Part shown: in pieces, positions 17,900-25,878 of the stretch | Position numbering within the stretch: position 1 is the first letter of the stretch | Layout: every line of letters starts with the position of its first letter | Origin: Eubacteriales bacterium | GTDB taxonomy: Bacteria > Bacillota > Clostridia > Oscillospirales > CAG-272 | Direction: 5' to 3' | Length of the DNA stretch: 36,234 nt | Assembly: GCA_045661265.1 (NCBI GenBank) | Contig: JAZRFG010000100.1 | Span: 1-36,234, forward strand | Notes under the pieces: generated by a model | What the model was told of the DNA's origin: nothing | Seen by the model: the letters and a program-made list of their open reading frames with translations, nothing else | Database searches by the model: none | Made by a program: the position numbers and the translations under genes

Positions 17900-18580
17900 A
17901 TGAAAACAAGCTCTTTTTTAAGGAATTATGCGACGCGCCTTGCTCTTTTAGCAGCTGCAGCGGCTTTTTCTCTCTTTATCCCCGCTTCCTTGACGACTTC
18001 CCAAGTGCTGCGCGTATTTTTGATCATACTGATCCTTTTGTGTCTTGGATGCGGTGCGGTACTGCTGTTTTTAGGCAATCAGAGTCAGGGGGGAAGGCTG
18101 CATTATTTCCTTTATGACCGTCGCCGCGCACGCTCACGACATCGTGATGAGCTGAATGCAGATGTCGTGCTGGATGCGATGAGCTCTTATCTGGCTCCCT
18201 TTACAAAGGATTTGCTTTCCCTTTGGAGCAAGCTTCCCAAGACCTTGCTTTTTCAGCTGGATGCGCAGGAGCAATTCCGTCCCTTGGTTACTTACCGCTT
18301 GCTGCGCGCACTTTCCGAGTGCGATGAGGAGCAGATCTTTGAAGTATTTGGTAAGGCGGATCGGAGTGTAGTCACGTATCTTTGTTGCGCCATTGCAGAT
18401 GCAGGGGACAGCGAAATGGCGGATTTTGTCTATCATCTCTGGCAAAGCAGCAAGACAAAAGAGGAAAGGGTCGTTTCCTTTTTTCAAAAAAACAAGCAAC
18501 GCTTTGCCGCAAGAGCGTTACGCTATGTGGAACGGAATTTTGATCTGTTCTACGTGCCGAAAAGCTTTCTTGTCAAATAA
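17900..18580 (+). CDS. Uncharacterised membrane-anchored protein (226 aa, two N-terminal TM helices plus a soluble domain)
   Basis: GGAGGG SD lies upstream of ATG 17900, 12 nt after the pcrA stop. The hydrophobic segments are LALLAAAAAFSLFI and VFLIILILLCLGCGAVLLFL. A strong terminator follows. I recognise no family motif. Confidence 0.7.
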   Translation: MKTSSFLRNYATRLALLAAAAAFSLFIPASLTTSQVLRVFLIILILLCLGCGAVLLFLGNQSQGGRLHYFLYDRRRARSRHRDELNADVVLDAMSSYLAPFTKDLLSLWSKLPKTLLFQLDAQEQFRPLVTYRLLRALSECDEEQIFEVFGKADRSVVTYLCCAIADAGDSEMADFVYHLWQSSKTKEERVVSFFQKNKQRFAARALRYVERNFDLFYVPKSFLVK

Positions 18581-18584
18581 TAAA

Positions 18585-18625
18585 AAAGAGCGCGATGTAC
18601 AATCGCGCTCTTTTGTTATATTTTT
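18585..18625 (+). terminator. Rho-independent terminator after the pcrA-linked gene
   Basis: Stem AGAGCGCGAT (18587-18596) / ATCGCGCTCT (18602-18611) followed by a T-rich tract. Confidence 0.85.
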
Positions 18626-18680
18626 TCGCGTTTGAAAGCACTCATTCTTACGAAAACTAAAAAAAGAAAGGAGTGATGGG

Positions 18681-19463
18681 ATGAAAAGAAGAGCACCGCA
18701 GGGATTTTTGTTGCTTTTGGCGGCCTTGCTTGTGATGCTTCAGCTTGCCACCGATGCCTCGGGCGTGAGCTGGTACTGCATGAGAAACAAGGCGCACAGA
18801 CAGCCGATCTTCGGCGAGGATCTTTCCTTCGTCGAAAAATATAACGGCGTTTATATCGATCACGCACATGACGATGCCAATGAGGAAAAGGTCGTGTATT
18901 TGACCTTTGATGCGGGATATGAGAACGGAAACGTAGAAAAAACGCTGGATATTTTGAAGCAAACACAGACAACGGGGGCTTTTTTTGTATTAAAGCATTT
19001 GCTTGTGTCCAATGGGGAGCTTGTAAAGCGTATGGTGCGCGAGGGACATACCGTTTGCAACCACACCGCCTCACACAAGGATCTCTCAGCAGCAGATGAG
19101 AAAACGATCCGCGCGGAGATCGAGGAGCTGGAAAGCTGCTATGCCGCACTCACAGGCGCCGAAATGCCACGCTATTTTCGCCCGCCGGAGGGAAAGTTTT
19201 CTGAAAAAATGCTTTCAACCGTGAGTGAAATGGGATATAAAACGGTATTTTGGAGCTTCGCCTACGCCGATTGGGACAACGCGCGCCAGATGCCGCCACA
19301 AAAGGCGATGCAGTGCGTGATGGATAATATTCACAACGGCGCGGTGATCCTGTTGCACCCCACCTCTGCCACCAACGTGGAGATCCTGCCGCGCGTGATT
19401 GCGGAGCTGAAAGGACAGGGCTACCGCTTCGGGAGCTTGGACGAGCTATGCGGCGTCTTTTAA
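18681..19463 (+). CDS. pdaA: Polysaccharide deacetylase, probable delta-lactam-biosynthetic de-N-acetylase (PdaA-like, spore cortex)
   Basis: N-terminal signal/anchor sequence, then WYCMRNKAHRQP, YLTFDAGYENG, CNHTASHKD, YFRPPEG and ILLHP. These resemble the PdaA subfamily signature rather than a generic NodB domain. The symbol is tentative. Confidence 0.7.
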   Translation: MKRRAPQGFLLLLAALLVMLQLATDASGVSWYCMRNKAHRQPIFGEDLSFVEKYNGVYIDHAHDDANEEKVVYLTFDAGYENGNVEKTLDILKQTQTTGAFFVLKHLLVSNGELVKRMVREGHTVCNHTASHKDLSAADEKTIRAEIEELESCYAALTGAEMPRYFRPPEGKFSEKMLSTVSEMGYKTVFWSFAYADWDNARQMPPQKAMQCVMDNIHNGAVILLHPTSATNVEILPRVIAELKGQGYRFGSLDELCGVF

Positions 19464-20131
19464 GCTTGTTTTTGGCGCTGTGGCTGATCGGTGTACTTGT
19501 TGTACCGGCGTATGCGGCACGCATCATTTACAGCTTTGCAGGGAGCACGGAAAAGCCGCGCGTGGCTCTGACCTTTGACGACGGGCCCCATCCGCGCTAT
19601 ACGCCGGAAATACTGGATATCTTGAAAGAATACGGCGTTACCGCCACCTTTTTTTCGGTCGGCTCGAACGCGGAAAACTATCCGCGCCTCATACAGCGCA
19701 TCTGTGAGGAGGGGCATGAGCTTGGCAACCACACGCACAACCATTTCCACGTGGCAAAGCTCTCCCGAGAGGCGCTTTGCACGGATATTCAGAGTGCACA
19801 GAACGTGCTGGAGCGTATTTCGGGCAAGCCTGTGAAGCTTTTCCGCCCGCCCGAGGGCGTTTGCACCGAGGATCTGAAAAGCTATTGCGAGCAAAAGGGA
19901 ATGACGATCCTTTTGTGGAGCGTGGACACACGGGATTGGGCGCACACGCCCGTGTCGGAGATCTGTGAGAACGTGAAAAATAACGTGAAGGACGGCTCGA
20001 TCATTCTGATGCACGATTTTATCGGAAAAAACAGCCCAACCCCCGCCGCGCTGCGGCGCATCATACCGATGCTTCAGGAGTTGGGCTATGAATTGGTGAG
20101 TGTCAGCCAGCTGCTGGGGGAGTCGGAGTAA
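19448..20131 (+). CDS. Polysaccharide deacetylase (NodB/CE4) family protein with an N-terminal signal peptide
   Basis: Canonical CE4 motifs LTFDDGPHP, HELGNHTHNH, LFRPPEG and IILMHD. It overlaps the pdaA-like gene end by 16 nt. Confidence 0.88.
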   Translation: MRRLLSLFLALWLIGVLVVPAYAARIIYSFAGSTEKPRVALTFDDGPHPRYTPEILDILKEYGVTATFFSVGSNAENYPRLIQRICEEGHELGNHTHNHFHVAKLSREALCTDIQSAQNVLERISGKPVKLFRPPEGVCTEDLKSYCEQKGMTILLWSVDTRDWAHTPVSEICENVKNNVKDGSIILMHDFIGKNSPTPAALRRIIPMLQELGYELVSVSQLLGESE

Positions 20132-21119
20132 GATCATCTTGCTCCGGTTCCTCTTCCGGCTCTTCGTCTGCATACGCGCCGTCCGTGTAGGTGGAAAGCT
20201 CAGTTCTGCCATCGATCATATAGCGGCGAATGTTGGGATAAGCCGCGTACATCGACATAAAGCCGCCAAAGGCAGGTAGATAGAAGAAGGGCAGGATCAG
20301 CGTCAGCGTAAAGCCGATAGAAAGCGAGGGCAGAATCAGCGCAATATTGATACCCGCGACCAGCACGAAGCCGAAGATCGCCATCAGATTGCGCTTGACG
20401 CCGAGCATCGAAAAGATAAAGGCGTTTTTGATCAGCTTTTTGATGGGAAGATCAAAGGTGATCATCATCGGGTAGACGTAAAAACGCATCGAAGCGTAAA
20501 TCAGGATCAAAGCCAGCGTGACAAAGTACATCAAGCTGAAGGCAAAGGAAGCACCGGCCAGTGTGTTGAAGTAGTACCAGTCAAAGATTAGCACCGCGAT
20601 AGCAAGCGCGTCGATCAGGCCGAAAATAAGGCCCTGGCGCCAGTTGCGCTTGATGGCATAGAAATAATCCGACCAGATAAAGCAGGAGTCGCCGCGCACC
20701 AAGCTGCGCAGGTTATAGGTGGCACCCACCGTTTGCCAGCCCCAGGTGAGGACGGTAAAGGCAAGCAGCAGGAGCATAATAACGGTTGCCGCCGTGGTGG
20801 GGTAAGCGGCGGACTGCTGCGTGCCGAAAATGCCGATCAGCGCCACGCTGACAGGTGAGCCCCCCGCAAGCTTTACGCCAAGCAAGGGCGTAAAAACGGG
20901 ATTTTCAACCGTAACGGTCTGACGGCCGAACAGATAGATTAGAAGTATGGCAACCAGGGGCAAAAAGCGAACGACCATCATCAGATTGAGGGTGACGAGG
21001 CGTCCCAGCTTTCTCCACAGCAGCTTGAAAAAGTAACCCAGCGTGGGCAGAGAGCTTTCTGGCAGTGCATCGGCCTTTTCCGCGCGAGAGAAAGACCAAA
21101 TCTTCTTTTTTTCGCTCAT
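20103..21119 (-). CDS. Polytopic membrane protein, YesL/DUF624-like (tentative)
   Basis: The start is trimmed to ATG 21119 (MSEKKKIWSF), which has AAGGA upstream. The N-terminal pattern LGYFFKLLWRKLGRLVTLNLMMV plus about 6 TM helices resembles DUF624. It has an acidic C-terminal tail. Its 3' end overlaps the convergent deacetylase gene by 29 nt. Confidence 0.6.
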   Translation of the reverse strand: MSEKKKIWSFSRAEKADALPESSLPTLGYFFKLLWRKLGRLVTLNLMMVVRFLPLVAILLIYLFGRQTVTVENPVFTPLLGVKLAGGSPVSVALIGIFGTQQSAAYPTTAATVIMLLLLAFTVLTWGWQTVGATYNLRSLVRGDSCFIWSDYFYAIKRNWRQGLIFGLIDALAIAVLIFDWYYFNTLAGASFAFSLMYFVTLALILIYASMRFYVYPMMITFDLPIKKLIKNAFIFSMLGVKRNLMAIFGFVLVAGINIALILPSLSIGFTLTLILPFFYLPAFGGFMSMYAAYPNIRRYMIDGRTELSTYTDGAYADEEPEEEPEQDDLTPTPPAAG

Positions 21120-21160
21120 AAAAGCATCCTTTCGGAAAGTGTTTTGCAAATACATAATAT

Positions 21161-21189
21161 ATTGTAGCACAAAATAGGAAAAAAAGCAA
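21161..21189 (-). promoter_or_regulatory. Candidate sigma-A promoter (extended -10) for the YesL-like gene
   Basis: On the - strand this reads TTGCTT, a 17-nt spacer ending in TGC, then TACAAT. Confidence 0.45.
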
Positions 21190-21198
21190 CTGTTAAAA

Positions 21199-21230
21199 GA
21201 AAAAAGCCGATGCTGAGCGCATCGGCTTTT
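21199..21230 (-). terminator. Rho-independent terminator after clpX
   Basis: On the - strand this reads AAAAGCCGATGC, a 5-nt loop, then GCATCGGCTTTTTT, immediately after the clpX stop. Confidence 0.85.
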
Positions 21231-21233
21231 CAC

Positions 21234-22565
21234 TTATGCTTCTCCCGCGGCAGCTTCCAGCTCGCGCAAGAGGATATATTTCGGCTTTTCCTTGCCGTTT
21301 ACGGCGTCGGCAGTGATCTGCACCTCAGCAATATCCTTGCGGGCAGGCACCTCGTACATCGTGTTCAGCATCAAGCTTTCCATAATGGCGCGAAGGCCAC
21401 GTGCGCCCGTCTTGCGCTCAACGGCAAGCTTGGCGATCGCTTTCATCGCGTCCTCGGTGAAGCTCAGCTTCACGCCGTCCATCTCAAACAGCTTGGTGTA
21501 CTGCTTGACGAGCGAGCTTTTCGGCTCGCGGATGATGCGCACCAGCGCGTCCTCGTCCAAGTCGGTGAGGGAAACGATCACGGGAATACGGCCCACCAGC
21601 TCGGGGATCAAGCCATATTTCACGATATCGTGGGGAAGCACGTCCTTGAAGATACCTTCCTTCTTCTTTTCCTCGCTTTTTTTGATCTCGCCGCCAAAGC
21701 CGACGGTCTGATGGCCCTTGCGGCGTTCGATGACCTTATCCAGGCCTTCAAACGCGCCGCCGCAGATGAAAAGAATGTTTTTGGTGTTGATCTGAATGAA
21801 CTCCTGGTTCGGGTGCTTGCGGCCGCCCTGCGGGGGGACGTTGGCAACCGTGCCTTCCAGGATCTTCAAAAGCGCCTGCTGCACGCCCTCGCCCGACACG
21901 TCGCGGGTGATCGAGCGATTTTCGCTCTTGCGGGCGATCTTGTCGATCTCGTCGATATAGATGATGCCGCGCTCGGCAAGCGAAATGTCGAAATCCGCCG
22001 CTTGAATGAGGCGCAAAAGGATATTTTCCACGTCCTCGCCGACGTAGCCCGCCTCGGTGAGCGTGGTCGCGTCTGAGATGGCAAAGGGCACCTGCAAGGT
22101 CTTGGCAAGCGTTTGCGCCAAATACGTCTTACCTACGCCCGTGGGACCGAGCAGGAGCACGTTGCTTTTTTGCAGGTCGATCTCCTCGGTGCTCGCGTCG
22201 TTTTTCTTGGACTTTCCCTTTTTGTTGCCGTTGCGTTGCTCGGCGTAAAGCACGCGCTTATAGTGGTTATAGACCGCCACGGAAAGCGCGATCTTGGCGT
22301 CGTCCTGACCGATCACGTATTCGTCCAGCGTCGCCTTGATCTGCGAGGGGCGGGGAAGCGTATCCAGCGTGAAGCCCACCTCGGAAGAGGTGTCCAGCTC
22401 GTCAAGGGTGTTGTCGATCAGCTCCGCACACGCATCCACGCAATAATCGCAGATATAAAGCCCTGTGGGAGAGGGGATCAGGAAATTGGCTTGATTTTCG
22501 TTTCTTCCGCAAAAGGAGCAATAGCGCGTGGAGCGCTCGCCCTTATTGTTGGTGTTCGTTGGCAT
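21234..22565 (-). CDS. clpX: ATP-dependent Clp protease ATP-binding subunit ClpX
   Basis: N-terminal zinc finger CSFCGR...CDYC, Walker A GPTGVGKT, Walker [10 protein letters not shown], and the downstream AAA+ pattern. The start is trimmed to ATG 22565 (GAGGT upstream). Confidence 0.97.
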   Translation of the reverse strand: MPTNTNNKGERSTRYCSFCGRNENQANFLIPSPTGLYICDYCVDACAELIDNTLDELDTSSEVGFTLDTLPRPSQIKATLDEYVIGQDDAKIALSVAVYNHYKRVLYAEQRNGNKKGKSKKNDASTEEIDLQKSNVLLLGPTGVGKTYLAQTLAKTLQVPFAISDATTLTEAGYVGEDVENILLRLIQAADFDISLAERGIIYIDEIDKIARKSENRSITRDVSGEGVQQALLKILEGTVANVPPQGGRKHPNQEFIQINTKNILFICGGAFEGLDKVIERRKGHQTVGFGGEIKKSEEKKKEGIFKDVLPHDIVKYGLIPELVGRIPVIVSLTDLDEDALVRIIREPKSSLVKQYTKLFEMDGVKLSFTEDAMKAIAKLAVERKTGARGLRAIMESLMLNTMYEVPARKDIAEVQITADAVNGKEKPKYILLRELEAAAGEA

Positions 22566-22584
22566 AGTTACCTCGAAAAATTTA

Positions 22585-23211
22585 TTAAGCGCGGTGCGCC
22601 AGCACCTTATCCACAAGGCCGTAGGCAAGTGCCTGCTCAGCGGTCATGAAATTGTCGCGGTCAGTGTCCTTGGCGACCTGCTCGACCGACTTGCCCGTGT
22701 TCTCGGCAAGGATGCGGTTGAGCGTATCGCGGGTGCGCAGAATGAGGTCTGCCTGGATCTTGATATCAGATGCCTGACCTCTCGCGCCGCCCAAGGGCTG
22801 GTGGATCATGATCTCGCTGTTGGGCAGGGCAAATCTCTTGCCCTTGGTACCCGAGGAGAGGAGAAACGCACCCATCGATGCTGCCATACCGATACAGATG
22901 GTAGAAACATCACACTTGATGTAGTTCATCGTATCGTAAATGGCCATACCTGCGGTTACGGAGCCACCGGGGCTGTTGATATAAAAGGCGATGTCCTTGT
23001 CGGGGTCCTGTGCTTCCAGATACAGCATCTGGGCAACCACCAGAGAAGCGGTCGTGTCATTGACCTCGTCGGAAAGGAAGATCACGCGGTCATTCAGCAA
23101 GCGGGAGAAAATGTCAAAGGAGCGCTCACCGTGGCCGGTCTGCTCGATCACCATAGGGACAAGCGCGTTTTTGCGGTTAAAATCCATCATCATACGATCA
23201 AAAACCTCCAT
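22585..23211 (-). CDS. clpP: ATP-dependent Clp protease proteolytic subunit ClpP
   Basis: [23 protein letters not shown], the catalytic Ser in GMAASMG, and the His in IHQPLGG. The true start may be one of the internal Met codons at 23193-23187, because a GGAGG lies inside the first codons. Confidence 0.95.
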   Translation of the reverse strand: MEVFDRMMMDFNRKNALVPMVIEQTGHGERSFDIFSRLLNDRVIFLSDEVNDTTASLVVAQMLYLEAQDPDKDIAFYINSPGGSVTAGMAIYDTMNYIKCDVSTICIGMAASMGAFLLSSGTKGKRFALPNSEIMIHQPLGGARGQASDIKIQADLILRTRDTLNRILAENTGKSVEQVAKDTDRDNFMTAEQALAYGLVDKVLAHRA

Positions 23212-23238
23212 TTTTCGTGTTTTTTTGCAAAATATGAG

Positions 23239-23265
23239 GGTAGCCGCAACACTGGGTTGCGGCTA
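23239..23265 (-). terminator. Hairpin (partial terminator) between tig and clpP
   Basis: 11-bp stem GTAGCCGCAAC / GTTGCGGCTAC with a 5-nt loop. The downstream U-tract on the - strand is weak (CCCUCAUAUUUU), which is consistent with partial read-through. Confidence 0.55.
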
Positions 23266-23291
23266 CAGAGATTTATGCTTGGTAGCAGAGA

Positions 23292-24743
23292 TTATTCTGC
23301 GTCCGTTTCCGTCTTCTTTGCGGTGGTTTTCTTTGCAGTGGTGGTCGTCTTCTTCGCGGTAGAAGTGGTCTTCTTCGCGGTGGTAGTCGTCTTCTCTGCA
23401 GTAGAAGTGGTCTTCTTAGCCGTAGTGGTCTTCTTGGCTGCGGGCTTCTTTGCCTCGGGAGCGGCGTCGGTCACCACTGCCTTCTCGCGAACGAGCGCTA
23501 CGGTCTTGGAAACGCGAAGATCCTCCACGATCGCCTCGGCGGGAAGGGATGCCTTCACCTGATCCACGGGCATGTTGTAAGCGGTAGCGGCACGGTCGTA
23601 CTCGGCGTTGATTTCCTCCTCGGTGACCTCAACGTTCTCCAGCTCTGCGATCTTCTCCAGAGCCAAACGTGCCTTCACCTGACGCTCGGCCTGGGGACGG
23701 AACTGCTCGCGCAGAGAATCCAGGGTAAGGCCGGTGTACTTGGTGTAGGTGGTCAGATCCAGACCGGACATACGCAGACGGTAGTCGTAATCGCGCAGGG
23801 AGTTCTCGACCTCAGCGTCGAACATGGGGGTAGGAATATCTGCCTCCATCTTCTCGATAAGAGCGTCCATCAGCTGCTCGCTCACGGCGTTATCGGCGCT
23901 ATCAGCGTGTCTTTTCTCAATCTTTGCCTTAAGATCGGCACGATATTCATCCATCGTGTCAAATTCGGAAACGTCCTTTGCGAAATCGTCGTCAAGGTCG
24001 GGGAGCTCTACGCGGGTCAACGCGTGCAGCTTGCACTTGAAGACGGCTTCCTTGCCGGCAAGATCTGCGGAATGATACTCGGTGGGGAAGGTGACGTTTA
24101 CGTCAAACTCCTCGTCGATCTTCTTGCCCACGATCTGATCCTCAAAGCCGGGAATGAAGGTGTTGGAGCCAAGCTTCAGGGCGTAATCCTCGCCCTTGCC
24201 GCCCTCGAACGCCACGCCGTCGCAGAAGCCCTCGTAGTCGATCACAGCGGTGTCGCCAAGCTCAGCGGCACGGCCCAGAACCTCGGCCTCGCGGGAGTTG
24301 CGCTCGCGCACGGTGATGATTTCGTCATCCACCTCAGCCTCGGTAACGGGAGTAATGGTGCGGGTCACGTTGATGCCGAAGTAGTCAGCGATCTTCACCT
24401 CGGGCTTCACAAAGACCTTGGCGGAAAGAACCAGACCGTTATCGTCGAGGGAAACGATATCAAATTCGGGCTGTGCCACGGGGGAGATACCTGCCTCCTT
24501 CACGGCTGCCTCGTAATTTTCGGGGATCAGGTCGTTGATTGCGGTTTCGTAGAACACGCCCGTGCCGTACATCTTTTCGATGATGGAGCGGGGGGCCTTG
24601 CCCTTACGGAAGCCGGGGATCGTCATCTTCTTGCTTTCCTTTTGATAGGCCTTGGTCACGGCTGCCTCAAAAGTCGCCTTATCAACCGAGATATGCAGCT
24701 CGTACTGGCTGTGCTCAAGTTTTTCAGCTTTTACCAAATTCAT
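23292..24743 (-). CDS. tig: Trigger factor (ribosome-associated chaperone/PPIase) with a basic Lys/Thr-repeat C-terminal tail
   Basis: N-terminal ribosome-binding motif IPGFRKGKAPR, a central FKBP-like domain and the C-terminal arm domain. About 55 extra residues of AKKTT(S/T)T repeats follow the usual end of the protein. Confidence 0.95.
   Translation of the reverse strand: MNLVKAEKLEHSQYELHISVDKATFEAAVTKAYQKESKKMTIPGFRKGKAPRSIIEKMYGTGVFYETAINDLIPENYEAAVKEAGISPVAQPEFDIVSLDDNGLVLSAKVFVKPEVKIADYFGINVTRTITPVTEAEVDDEIITVRERNSREAEVLGRAAELGDTAVIDYEGFCDGVAFEGGKGEDYALKLGSNTFIPGFEDQIVGKKIDEEFDVNVTFPTEYHSADLAGKEAVFKCKLHALTRVELPDLDDDFAKDVSEFDTMDEYRADLKAKIEKRHADSADNAVSEQLMDALIEKMEADIPTPMFDAEVENSLRDYDYRLRMSGLDLTTYTKYTGLTLDSLREQFRPQAERQVKARLALEKIAELENVEVTEEEINAEYDRAATAYNMPVDQVKASLPAEAIVEDLRVSKTVALVREKAVVTDAAPEAKKPAAKKTTTAKKTTSTAEKTTTTAKKTTSTAKKTTTTAKKTTAKKTETDAE
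23295..23465 (-). repeat. Imperfect 21/42-bp tandem repeats encoding the (A-K/E-K-T-T-S/T-T)n tail of trigger factor
   Basis: The translation is AAPEAKKPAAKKTTTAKKTTSTAEKTTTTAKKTTSTAKKTTTTAKKTTAKKTETDAE. The DNA shows repeated gtggtcttcttc / gtagaagtggtcttctt units. Confidence 0.85.
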
Positions 24744-24781
24744 TTTTTCTTCCTCCGGAGATAGAAAATTTCACAACGTAT

Positions 24782-24810
24782 ATTGTACTAATTTTTTCCT
24801 TTTTTGTCAA
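24782..24810 (-). promoter_or_regulatory. Strong consensus sigma-A promoter upstream of tig
   Basis: On the - strand this reads TTGACA (24810-24805), exactly 17 nt, then TACAAT (24787-24782). It is followed by a ~35-nt leader and a GGAGGAAG SD before ATG 24743. Confidence 0.7.
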
Positions 24811-24843
24811 GTGCTTTACGGGAAATTCTCGCGGATTTTACGG

Positions 24844-25566
24844 TTATTTAATAATATAAGGAACAAAGTCCAGAAAATCCGAGGAGATCAGCGTGATCTC
24901 AAGCCCGTCCACGTGCTGTGTGCGCGGCACGTTATAAACGCCGTGGATATGCCCGCAGAACACACGCTTCACGCCGTATGCTTTCATCAGATCGATAAAT
25001 TCCTGCCACACAAAGCCGTTCCACACGGGCGGGAAGTGCAAAAAGACCAGGATTTCCTTGTCCGCGTGCTCCCCCTTTTGCATCGCCTTGGCGGCCTCTA
25101 AGCTGAGCTTCAAGCGCTGTGCCTCGCGGTTTTGGATCTTGACGAAATCCACCTCACCCACGGTGAGCTGCTTTTCCTCCTCCAAAAACCAGCCGCGTGT
25201 GCCGCAGACGATATAGTCCTCGACCACGTGGGCGTTGTTGTAGAGCAGGGAAAGGGTGGTAAAGCCGTTTTCCTCAAAAAAGCGGTGGAGCTTTGTGGCG
25301 GTCTCCCACCAGAAATCGTGGTTGCCCTTGCCCAGCAGCTTTTTGCCGGGGAGCGCGTCCAGAAAAGCGAAATCCTCGCGCGCCTCGCTCAAGTGCATAG
25401 CCCAGGAGATATCTCCCGGCAGGATCACCGTATCCGCATCAGTGACGACGGCGCGCCAGTTTTTTTCTATTTTTTTGGTGTAATTTTGCCAGCGCGAGCC
25501 GAATACGTCCATTGGATGATCGGCGGCGATGGAAAGATGCAGATCCGCTATGGTAAAAAGTGACAT
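24844..25566 (-). CDS. Metallophosphoesterase (calcineurin-like) family protein
   Basis: The start is trimmed to ATG 25566 (MSLFTIADLHLS), with GAAAGGAGCG upstream. Motifs are DLH, GDISW, GNHDFWW and FCGHIHG. Confidence 0.85.
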   Translation of the reverse strand: MSLFTIADLHLSIAADHPMDVFGSRWQNYTKKIEKNWRAVVTDADTVILPGDISWAMHLSEAREDFAFLDALPGKKLLGKGNHDFWWETATKLHRFFEENGFTTLSLLYNNAHVVEDYIVCGTRGWFLEEEKQLTVGEVDFVKIQNREAQRLKLSLEAAKAMQKGEHADKEILVFLHFPPVWNGFVWQEFIDLMKAYGVKRVFCGHIHGVYNVPRTQHVDGLEITLISSDFLDFVPYIIK

Positions 25567-25594
25567 AGGCGCTCCTTTCGTCAGAATTTTGCAG

Positions 25595-25625
25595 GGATAA
25601 AGCGAGGAAAAGCCTCGCATACTGT
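25595..25625 (+). promoter_or_regulatory. Possible mother-cell sigma (SigE/SigK-like) promoter for the DUF1540 gene
   Basis: CATACTGT (25618-25625) resembles the CATACA-T type -10 element, and GGATAAA (25595-25601) lies upstream. This is a weak call by eye. Confidence 0.25.
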
Positions 25626-25653
25626 TAGTATCTCGGGAAAGGAGATAAAAACA

Positions 25654-25833
25654 ATGGATCAGAATTGTACAAACGGGAAGTGCATCAACGAGGGGATCAC
25701 CTGTGACGTCAAAAACTGTCATTATCACACGGGCGATTGCCATTGCACCGCAGAGGTGATCAACGTGGGTCCTAACTTCGCTTGCTCCAGCGCGGAAACG
25801 ATCTGCGCCACGTTTAAGCCCAAAAAGGACTAA
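25654..25833 (+). CDS. DUF1540-like small Cys-rich protein (59 aa); absent from the ORF track because it is under 60 aa
   Basis: SD GGAAAGGAGA lies 7 nt upstream of ATG 25654. The translation is MDQNCTNGKCINEGITCDVKNCHYHTGDCHCTAEVINVGPNFACSSAETICATFKPKKD. The pattern C.V..C.YH....C.A..I.V plus a C-terminal C....C.F matches my memory of DUF1540. A terminator follows. Confidence 0.75.
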   Translation: MDQNCTNGKCINEGITCDVKNCHYHTGDCHCTAEVINVGPNFACSSAETICATFKPKKD

Positions 25834-25841
25834 TCTTTTGG

Positions 25842-25878
25842 GAAACGGCGATGCTAAGCACCGCCGTTTCTTTTTTTT
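25842..25878 (+). terminator. Rho-independent terminator after the DUF1540 gene (its T-run abuts the convergent thrC stop)
   Basis: Stem GAAACGGCG (25842-25850) / CGCCGTTTC (25862-25870) followed by eight T residues. Confidence 0.85.

Noticed and set aside
23212-23291. A search for a CtsR operator (tandem GGTCAAA heptads) upstream of clpP.
   Set aside because: No such repeat is present in the tig-clpP spacer. Only the hairpin at 23239-23265 is there.
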